A stretch of DNA of 64,000 nt from the IMG/VR virus record IMGVR_UViG_3300033233_000017, positions 38,727 to 102,726 of that record. One strand, written 5' to 3'. Origin of the DNA: a virus. The notes below the pieces were generated by a model. The model saw nothing but the letters and a program-made list of their open reading frames with translations. It did no database searches and was not told the DNA's origin. Shown piece by piece: positions 1-7,800 of the stretch; position 1 is the stretch's first letter, and each line of letters starts with the position of its first letter. A program made the position numbers and the translations under genes.

Positions 1-186
1 GATATCGGTTCCCTCATGAAAGAGGTTCCAGCAGACATCGAGAAGGAATGCGCCGACGAGATCAAAGAAAAGCTGTACGCCTGGGCTTGGCCGCACATCC
101 GGCGTAAGGTAGTTTCTGGCCTTCCTGAGTGGTACAAAGGCGAGCTTCTTAACTCCCAATTCACAATCCCGGAGCCAACCAAATGA
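1..186 (+). CDS. 3' end of a phage protein, probably RNA ligase (Rnl2-like) family; truncated by the window edge
   Basis: Frame 1 reads DIGSLMKEVPADIEKECADEIKEKLYAWAWPHIRRKVVSGLPEWYKGELL, resembling the C-terminus of phage RNA-ligase-family proteins. Its TGA overlaps the next ATG (ATGA). Confidence 0.5.
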   Translation, partial: DIGSLMKEVPADIEKECADEIKEKLYAWAWPHIRRKVVSGLPEWYKGELLNSQFTIPEPTK

Positions 187-1535
187 ACCCAATCTCATCA
201 CAAACATACGTTGAAGCAGCGGACTATTTCCGCAATTCGCAGCGACCGGAACAAGCGGAATTCTTCTATCGCCAAGGGCTGGTGCTCGATCCTGAATATG
301 AGCCCGCGCTGAAGGGGCTAACTACGCTCCTGCCTATGCGGGGTCGCTATGCCGAAGCCGAACGCATGGCGAAGACTCTCCTGGAACTCTACCCCCAGAG
401 CGCCTGGGCTCATGCCACGCTCTGCCAAATCGACTTTCATCGAGGCAAGATCTACGACGCCTACGGGCACATCGAGCAGGCGTTGTTCCTGGACCAGAAA
501 GAACCGTCGTTCTGCCGCCGCAAGGCGCACCTACTCCAGATCCTCGGGGACTTTTCCGCCAGCCTGGAGTGGTGGTCGAAGGCGATTGAACTCTTCCCGC
601 TAGACCCGTCGCTCCGCACCATGCGGGCTATGGCGAATCTGACGCTCGGAAACTGGGAGGAAGGACTTCCGGAATATGAGTTCCGATTGGCGCATACGCC
701 TGTCATCCCGGCCAAAGGGGTCCCGAGATGGGCGGGAGATTCTCCGTTACGGGGGAAGAGGTTATTGCTGGTTCTCGAACAGGGAATCGGAGACTGCATC
801 CAGTTCGTGCGCTTCACTGAGATTCTGTGTTGGGCTGGCGCGACCGTCAGCCTGTCCCTTCCCGAAACTCACGCGAAAGCGCTGACTCCGCTGTTCGATT
901 GGGCGCTGCCTTTTGGCAGTATTGCTTCTCCCGACGACACCGATTTCGACTACTGGGTCCCGGCCATGTCTCTCCCGCTCCTGTGGAAATGGCGTTCACC
1001 TTCGCCGCAGTTGGCGTATGTGCGCATACCCAAAGATCCGGTTCCGCTTCCAGGGGATGCTCCGCACGTGGGCTTCTGCTGGGCTGGAAATCCGGAGCAT
1101 CCGAATGACCGCTACCGCTCGATCCACCGATCCGAAGATGCGCTGGCACTCACCTCGGTCGAGGGCATCGACGGATACTCGCTGCAATGGCTCGGAGATG
1201 GGGCCAACGCCGCGCCGATTCTGAATGGCAACCTGAACTCCGGGATCGCGCTGACCTCGTGGGTGGACACGGCTAGGTCAATCGAGCAACTGGATCTGGT
1301 CGTCACGGTCGATACCGCTATCGCGCACCTCGCCGGCGCGATGGGCAAGCCCGTGTGGTTGTTGGTCGCATCGAACCCGGACTGGCGCTGGGGTTTGCGC
1401 GGAGAGAAGACCAACTGGTATCCGACTATGAAGATCTTCCGGTCTAGCGGGCTGGACAATTGGCAACCGGTGATTGAGCGCGTGCGCGCCGACCTCGCGG
1501 CGCTGGTGGAGGAAAGGAGCGAAGCGCGTGCCTGA
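183..1535 (+). CDS. TPR-repeat protein fused to a GT9-like (GT-B) glycosyltransferase domain
   Basis: N-terminal TPR helices followed by EQGIGDCIQFVRF, GFCWAGNPEHPNDRYRS and DLVVTVDTAIAHLAGAMGKPVWLL..DWRW motifs typical of TPR-GT9 proteins. Confidence 0.85.
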   Translation: MNPISSQTYVEAADYFRNSQRPEQAEFFYRQGLVLDPEYEPALKGLTTLLPMRGRYAEAERMAKTLLELYPQSAWAHATLCQIDFHRGKIYDAYGHIEQALFLDQKEPSFCRRKAHLLQILGDFSASLEWWSKAIELFPLDPSLRTMRAMANLTLGNWEEGLPEYEFRLAHTPVIPAKGVPRWAGDSPLRGKRLLLVLEQGIGDCIQFVRFTEILCWAGATVSLSLPETHAKALTPLFDWALPFGSIASPDDTDFDYWVPAMSLPLLWKWRSPSPQLAYVRIPKDPVPLPGDAPHVGFCWAGNPEHPNDRYRSIHRSEDALALTSVEGIDGYSLQWLGDGANAAPILNGNLNSGIALTSWVDTARSIEQLDLVVTVDTAIAHLAGAMGKPVWLLVASNPDWRWGLRGEKTNWYPTMKIFRSSGLDNWQPVIERVRADLAALVEERSEARA

Positions 1536-1893
1536 GCAAGAACAGAAGGTCCTAATTTCGGAATGGATTTCCGCATGGGCGGTGAACGATAAGCCCACTC
1601 AAGAACGGGCTAATCAGGGCTTGAATGCCACGGGTCTGTGGGCGTACGAGGCCGGTTCTGGGTTGCCAATAATCAGCCATTGGTATAACGGCCAGATTAA
1701 GCCAGGAATGCGTTTTATTTGGAATCCTGGGGGTACGGAACAAAAATGCCGAGTCACCCGTGTGACAACCGGAGGCGATGAGCCACTGGTGTGGTGCGTA
1801 GATGTGGCGGGCGGACCGGAGTTCTATAACGAGGAAAGCCATTTCCGGGCTATGGTAGCCCCAGTTGGTGAAGGGGGGCAATCGCGTGCCTAA
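1528..1893 (+). CDS. hypothetical protein
   Basis: GTG start at 1528 with AAGGAG RBS at 1514-1519, overlapping the upstream stop; in frame with ORF 1474..1893. Confidence 0.55.
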   Translation: MPEQEQKVLISEWISAWAVNDKPTQERANQGLNATGLWAYEAGSGLPIISHWYNGQIKPGMRFIWNPGGTEQKCRVTRVTTGGDEPLVWCVDVAGGPEFYNEESHFRAMVAPVGEGGQSRA

Positions 1894-1905
1894 AGGTGGA
1901 AGACT

Positions 1906-2373
1906 ATGCCGCGTAAATCCCCACCGCTGTTAACCGTCTGCCGTAAGGGGCTGCATCCCTTTACAGAGGACAACTGCACATACTACAACGGCCACCGCCG
2001 CTGTCGAGCCTGCATCCGCTTATCCAAGCGGCGGCAGGTGCTTCGCAATCGTAAGACGCAAGACCTTGATCCAGAAGTAGAGTTAGTCCGGCCCGCTGAA
2101 ATTCCGCATGGGTTTTCGGTGCGCCCGGTTAAGGGGTTCTGGCCGAGCGTCATGCGCAGGCTATCACTGGTGCCCAAAGGACACGCGCTCAAGATCGACT
2201 TCGGAGCGGACTACTTACCCAATTTGCCTTATCTCTACGAAACGGCGCGGGCGGAAGGCGTCAAATTCCGCGCGATTTGCCGTAACCAGATCACCTACCT
2301 AATTCGCACAGGATCATACGCTCATGCTCAAGGAACTGTGGATCGGTCTGCTGCATTGGCTCGGGTTTCATGA
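1906..2373 (+). CDS. protein with an N-terminal HNH-associated Zn-finger (CxxGxHxFxxxN..RxCxxC)
   Basis: Motif VCRKGLHPFTEDNCTYYNGHRRCRAC; RBS AGGTGGA upstream. Confidence 0.6.
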   Translation: MPRKSPPLLTVCRKGLHPFTEDNCTYYNGHRRCRACIRLSKRRQVLRNRKTQDLDPEVELVRPAEIPHGFSVRPVKGFWPSVMRRLSLVPKGHALKIDFGADYLPNLPYLYETARAEGVKFRAICRNQITYLIRTGSYAHAQGTVDRSAALARVS

Positions 2374-2563
2374 CTGGCAGGAATGCGGGTTTAGCTACGT
2401 CTCCCCGCTGACCACCACGACGCTGCAAGGAGAACCGGATAGTTTCATGCCGGTTCTGCACGGAGCGTCTCACCTCTACTTCCGCTGCTCTCGTTGCCCA
2501 GATGCAGTGAAGGAAGTTATCGTCTCCGGAAATTTTCGGGCAACGTCACGGAGGGCGGAGTGA
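2324..2563 (+). CDS. small hypothetical protein (HDW..CxxC)
   Basis: Fills the gap between neighbours; its stop overlaps the GTG of the GT4 gene. Confidence 0.45.
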   Translation: MLKELWIGLLHWLGFHDWQECGFSYVSPLTTTTLQGEPDSFMPVLHGASHLYFRCSRCPDAVKEVIVSGNFRATSRRAE

Positions 2564-3657
2564 TACACGTTGCTATGCCTACGGGCGATTTCCATGGATG
2601 GGGCGTCTGCGGGACGCAACTGCTGAAACACATCCCCGGCGCAACCCCTATCGAGGATTTCGAATTCCCACTCATAGTGGGCAATCCGGTGCTCCAGGCC
2701 ATCCAGGGTGTCAATCTACTGCCGCTGCGACCGAATATCTCAAGTTCGGTCGCCAACATCGGTTACGCCTTCATCGAAGACGACGAACTGGTCAAGCGGT
2801 ACGTGCCCAACGGGGAACGCTACTTCGACCACATCGTCGGCGGCAGCAGGTGGTGTGCGCAGATTCTCCGCAACGCGGGGCTCAAGAACGTGTCGGACAT
2901 CCCGCAGGGCGTGGACTATGAGCAGTTCAGCGCATTCACCCCCGCGAATCGAACCCGCTATCGGGATGACTTCGTGATCTACAGCGGCGGCAAGATCGAG
3001 TACCGCAAGGGCACGGATCTAGTCATCGAAGCGGTGCGCGTCATGATGCAGCGGCACGACAATGTTCGGCTCCTGCCCATGTGGTACAACCCATGGCCGG
3101 AGACCATGAAGACGCTGGCACAGTCACGGCTCGAACTGAACCTGTCACTATGCACAAACAGCCCCTACGCCTGCGTCAACTTCATCCACGACACCCTGCA
3201 TCGCAACGGCATCCCACTTGACCGGGTGATCCCGATCCGGCAAGTGCCCAACGGGGCGGCGGTAGCCGAGTACATCCACAACTGCGACGTGGGCCTGTTC
3301 GCCAGCCGCTGCGAAGGCGGCACGAATCTAGGGCTCATGGAGACGCTGGCTTGCGGGATACCCTGCATCGCCAGTAATAACACCGGGCACGAGGACGTAA
3401 TTGACGAGGGGGTGTTGCCGCTGTACAAGCAGACTCCCGTGCTCACATCCGGAGTCCATACGTGGTACGAGTCCGACGTGGAAGAGATGATTGAGGCGCT
3501 GGAGTGGTGCTACAGACACCGGGGCGACGCCGAGTACCGCGAGATGGGGGATCTGGCACGCCAGTGGATGCGGCTCAACTTCACTTGGGACGGCGCAGCG
3601 AAGCAGTTTATGGACATTGCGCGCGTATGCGCGCGTACGTCAGAGGAAGGAAAGTGA
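2560..3657 (+). CDS. glycosyltransferase family 4 (GT-B fold)
   Basis: Motifs GGKIEYRKGTDLVIEA and FASRCEGGTNLGLMETLACGIPCIAS (E-x7-E); probable GTG start at 2560. Confidence 0.85.
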   Translation: MIHVAMPTGDFHGWGVCGTQLLKHIPGATPIEDFEFPLIVGNPVLQAIQGVNLLPLRPNISSSVANIGYAFIEDDELVKRYVPNGERYFDHIVGGSRWCAQILRNAGLKNVSDIPQGVDYEQFSAFTPANRTRYRDDFVIYSGGKIEYRKGTDLVIEAVRVMMQRHDNVRLLPMWYNPWPETMKTLAQSRLELNLSLCTNSPYACVNFIHDTLHRNGIPLDRVIPIRQVPNGAAVAEYIHNCDVGLFASRCEGGTNLGLMETLACGIPCIASNNTGHEDVIDEGVLPLYKQTPVLTSGVHTWYESDVEEMIEALEWCYRHRGDAEYREMGDLARQWMRLNFTWDGAAKQFMDIARVCARTSEEGK

Positions 3658-3732
3658 ACGCACAAGAGTTGTACCTAAACGACGGCGGGACCCGGCAAGA
3701 AAATGGGCAGGTAATGGTTCGGGTGAGGAACC

Positions 3733-4353
3733 ATGACTGACGAACTCGCGCTGTTTCTGAAGCACTGCCGGGAAGATATCTACCCAGAGCCGGACAACGA
3801 AGGCTCCCGGCAACTGATTCAGCGGCAGTGGCGTGAATTTTTGAATCAGTGCCGCGACCTGCCGCTCCCGGCCAACATCCTCGATCTCGGATGCGGGAAT
3901 GGAGAATCCTTGCGCTTGATGCGGGCGGCGGGCCATTTCCCGACCGGGCTGACAGCGAACCCGGTTGAGTTTGAGAGCCTGATCGGGGAAGGGTTTGCTA
4001 TCTCCTGCGTGGACATGCACGAGGCCGAATTCGAGCCTGGGTACTTCCACGCGATCTGGGCTCGGCATATACTGGAACACAGCCCGATCCCATATTTCAT
4101 GCTGGCTAAGATCAATCGGGCGTTGTGCATCGGAGGGTATCTCTACGTGGAGGTTCCTTGCCCTGCTACCGACAGCCGCCACGAGCAGAACCGCCAGCAC
4201 TTCTCGGTGCTCGGGTGGGAAATGTGGCACGCCCTGTTCTGCCGCAGCGGTTTTAGGAGCCTCTCATCACGCAGCATTCCAATTTGCACGGAAGGCGGAT
4301 GGAATGACCGGTACTGGGAGTTCTGCTTGCAGAAGGTAACTGAGCGAGGATAG
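3733..4353 (+). CDS. class I SAM-dependent methyltransferase
   Basis: ILDLGCGNG motif I, HILEH and GGYLYVEVP; RBS GAGG upstream. Confidence 0.85.
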   Translation: MTDELALFLKHCREDIYPEPDNEGSRQLIQRQWREFLNQCRDLPLPANILDLGCGNGESLRLMRAAGHFPTGLTANPVEFESLIGEGFAISCVDMHEAEFEPGYFHAIWARHILEHSPIPYFMLAKINRALCIGGYLYVEVPCPATDSRHEQNRQHFSVLGWEMWHALFCRSGFRSLSSRSIPICTEGGWNDRYWEFCLQKVTERG

Positions 4354-4378
4354 TTTGGGAACATTCAAGGGAGGCGGC

Positions 4379-4828
4379 ATGAGCGAAGGAGAAGCGCGAC
4401 AGGCGCGGGGCTTGGGACCATGGAACCAGGAACAGGTGGGCCGCACTATCGGCCAGATCATCGGGGAGATCGACGCGGAACGTCTCGCGGCGAACAGCAC
4501 TTCGGGGCAAGAACTCAACGCGGCCATGGAGCAGGGACGCAACCGGGCACGAGAAGAAACTCGCAATGCCCCTGTGCCGGAAATCCCAGGGCAACTCGTA
4601 ACGCTGAGCCAATCTTCGGTTTGGCTTGACGCTTTGCGTCGGAGATCCCCGTTCGGAGTGACTTTAGCGGCTGACGCCTTTTTTATCCGAACGGCTTCCG
4701 CTTCCGAATCCGGAGAAATTGGTGGACGCATCCAGTACTCTGCGTCGAGCGTACTGGAACCGCCGAAGTCTCCAGAACCGGAGATCCCTCCGCTGCGTCC
4801 CGTGCGCCGGATCAATTTGGACGATTGA
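4379..4828 (+). CDS. hypothetical protein
   Basis: ATG at 4379 after GGAGG; last gene of the + strand block. Confidence 0.5.
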   Translation: MSEGEARQARGLGPWNQEQVGRTIGQIIGEIDAERLAANSTSGQELNAAMEQGRNRAREETRNAPVPEIPGQLVTLSQSSVWLDALRRRSPFGVTLAADAFFIRTASASESGEIGGRIQYSASSVLEPPKSPEPEIPPLRPVRRINLDD

Positions 4829-4833
4829 GGATC

Positions 4834-7800
4834 TTATTTGCGCGGAGGTTCAACTACTTTTTTGAACCGTACATCTGGCGCATTTCCTCCGCGAAGGATT
4901 TTGGCCCTTTCTCTTGAAAGACTTCGGCTAGGTGGTTGACCCGAGCCTGCTTTGCGAACTGCTCCTTCGCCTGCGCCTTGGCTCGGTTCACTGCCTCCTT
5001 CGGCCACGTTATGCTGTCTTGCGAGGATTCCGGATCGGACTCTTGGGCTGGCATACCTGTAGAAATCATAGACCCTCTCTCCGTGGTGTTCAAAGACTTT
5101 CTGCAACATATCGGACATCAGGGAAATGTCTTCCTCCAACGTCAACCCCAGACGGGCATAGCCACCAGACATCCCATCCGCCATCACTTCTCGGACCAGC
5201 GTGTCCGGGTCTTGCTCGTACTCGTAGCGTTCTACCAACCGCTGCGATGCGCGGCGGTAGAGCGGGTGGATTTCCATGGACTCGTAATTAAACATCTTCC
5301 CGATGGCCGCTTGATGGCGGTGCTGTATCTCATGCCGGAAAGCGCCCTTGACGCTTGCCAGCGTTTGCCCTTCCGTTGTGACCATGACAAACCCGTGCTC
5401 GTCGTTGGTATTGATGGCGTGGTCGATAGCATCGGCCAACCGGATGAGCGCGCTCCGGGACTCGCTGGTCATGTTCGGGTACGGATCTTCCCGCAGCAGA
5501 CCAGAGAGAGACGTGGCATCTTCGGCAGTGATGTGGACACCGCCAAAGCTCGGAACCGGTGTCTCATTGATGTGGGAGAACGCGGCGCGCAGCACCCGCA
5601 TGGCAGCGTCATTAATGAAGAGATGCGCAGGCTTCGCTCCTGCCCTATCGCGGTAGCGGAAGTCGGCTTTCCCAAAGATGTCCATGGGCTTGTCGGTCGG
5701 AAGGACCGGGTTGTCGTTAAGGCCGGACGGAGCGCGCAGCGCCTTCGGAGGCTCCGCGACGGCGGTATTGCCGGCCTTCTGGAACTGCGGTTGCCCCTCG
5801 TAGAGCACGGACTTGCGCATCTCAGGAGTGATGTCGAGGGAGTGGAGTTCGTGGTATCTTGCGGGAACTCCTTTCATCCCCACTACGTCTTCTCCAGGGA
5901 CGCGCACGGTCCCGACTTTCGCTCCCCACTTCTTAGCGTACTTGTTGGCGTAGGCGGGGAGGATCTTATCGTAGAAACTAGCCATCCCGGAGCCACCAAC
6001 CTTCAGGTCTAGGCCAGAGTATTCCAATGCTTCACCTGTTGGTTTTGTTTGCGCGTCAGTGACGATCTTTTCTGCCAAGTCCTTCGGTTCGAATGTGCCG
6101 GGAACGATGTCATAGTCGCCTGACCCCTTGGGAGTGTAGGAAAGCGTAAATTTTCCATCACTCTGCTTCCGCGCCAGTACGGAGTCAATCTGTTTCGACA
6201 AGTCGTATCGTTCTGCCTGCTCGTAGTGCCGCACCGCTTCCGCGTGCTGGTCCCATATCTGCTGCACCTCTGCTGCGGGTGCTCCGTTGCGCTGTCGCCA
6301 TTGGGCTTCGCGCTCCAACCTCCGCGCTTCTTCCGCCCACTCGGGTCCAGTCTTCCCGCCCGCTGGCGAGTGTGTGATCTCCTTGACTTCGACCGCGTTC
6401 TGCTTCAAGTAGTCGAGCACTTCGGCCTTGGAGACCTTCTGGCCTTTCTTGCTCTCCAGCCAGTCGTCCAGCCCGGTCCACTTCGCTTCATCGGCTTTTC
6501 CGAATTGACGCACGATGTTTGTGACCTGCTCCGCAGACGCAGCAGCAGGCATCTTCGCCTCCAGAGCTTTGGCGGTCGGAGAGAACCACATGGGCGCGAG
6601 TTGCGGCGGTTCTTCCACCGCTTCGGTAGTCTTCTGGAAACTTGGACCGCGAACGGGAGGCTTCGGTGTCTCTTGTATGCGCGCAGACGTGGGCGATTTC
6701 ATCACCTCGTTAGTTACGTCAACCGCGTACGGTCCTTCCGCATCATGCTCAATCCTGAGTACGCGAGCAATGTTGGATGCGGGGATGGGTGTTTTGGATG
6801 AAAACTCGCCAGCACCTTCATGCACCAACGAAGCGGTTTTTTTTACCTCAAGCAGATAACCGGGCTTAGCGATGTAACTGGTCGCGATGCTTGGCCTATC
6901 ACTAAAAAACGTAAGCCCCGCGTGCTGCGTCTTCTTTAGCCTCGCTGCTGTTTCACCACTGGATTCGATTTTCCCGGATGACAGGATCTTTTGAAGTTCC
7001 GCCTCTCCTTCAGATCCGCGATACACGTATCCGTCTTGTAGGCGAGAATGCCCATAGAACGCAATCTCCGCCGTGTTCGTGTCGGGCTCCTTGGCTGATG
7101 GGCGCGCATACGCCTTCCCGCCTAGCGGGATCTCGACCTTGTTGCCGTCCTTTCCCGAGAACTTAACCCGGTCGATGGTGACGTTCTTTCCGTCCAGCGC
7201 GGCGCTTCCGGCGTACTGCTCTCCGCGCCCCGGCTTCACGTAGGCCACGGTCACGTGCGGCTTGTAGGTGGGGTGCGTGTCGGTGACTTCGAGCGCTCCG
7301 GAGATCTTCTTGTTGAGACGGCGCAGGTCCGGCGAGTCCACGTCGATCTTCACCACGTCGGCGTCGTCGTTCTGGGACAGCGAGGTCTTCCCGAGTTTTA
7401 CCGTGACGGGTGGCTCGTTCGCGAGTAGCGCCCGCACTTTGGCCGGATCGCTCGTGTGCAATCCATACTTCACCGTAACGTGCGGCTCAGTCTCCCGACC
7501 ATTGGCTGCGAGGTCCCTTCCGGGAATCTTGGCTGCTTCCGCCTTGACCTTGGACGCAAGGGACGCGGGCAGGTTCACCTGCGTCGATGAGAACTCGTGC
7601 CGCCACGGCTCGCTCTCCATCTCTTTGGACGGTGGTTCGCCAGTCCGCTGGAAGCGCGGTGGCGTTCTGGTGCGACGGTGCCACATGCTCTGCGAATCCC
7701 GAAACTTGGTGCCAAGTTTGATCCCGGCGTCGGAGAGCATGTCACCGTACTTCTGCTGTTCCGACTGCGGGAAGCCTGCGATCACTTTGCCGTTCTTGGC

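Noticed and set aside
4936-6012. Long + strand ORFs antisense to real genes (also 16117-17211, 21755-23146, 29221-30321, 30335-31495, 45997-47238, 58542-59624)
   Set aside because: These are shadow ORFs expected from GC-rich codon bias; they have no motifs or RBS and fully overlap well-supported minus-strand genes.
7098-7111. Further degenerate copies of the 14-bp motif (7098, 20083, 33216, 23620, 685)
   Set aside because: Three or more mismatches; these could arise by chance in GC-rich DNA and were excluded from the count.
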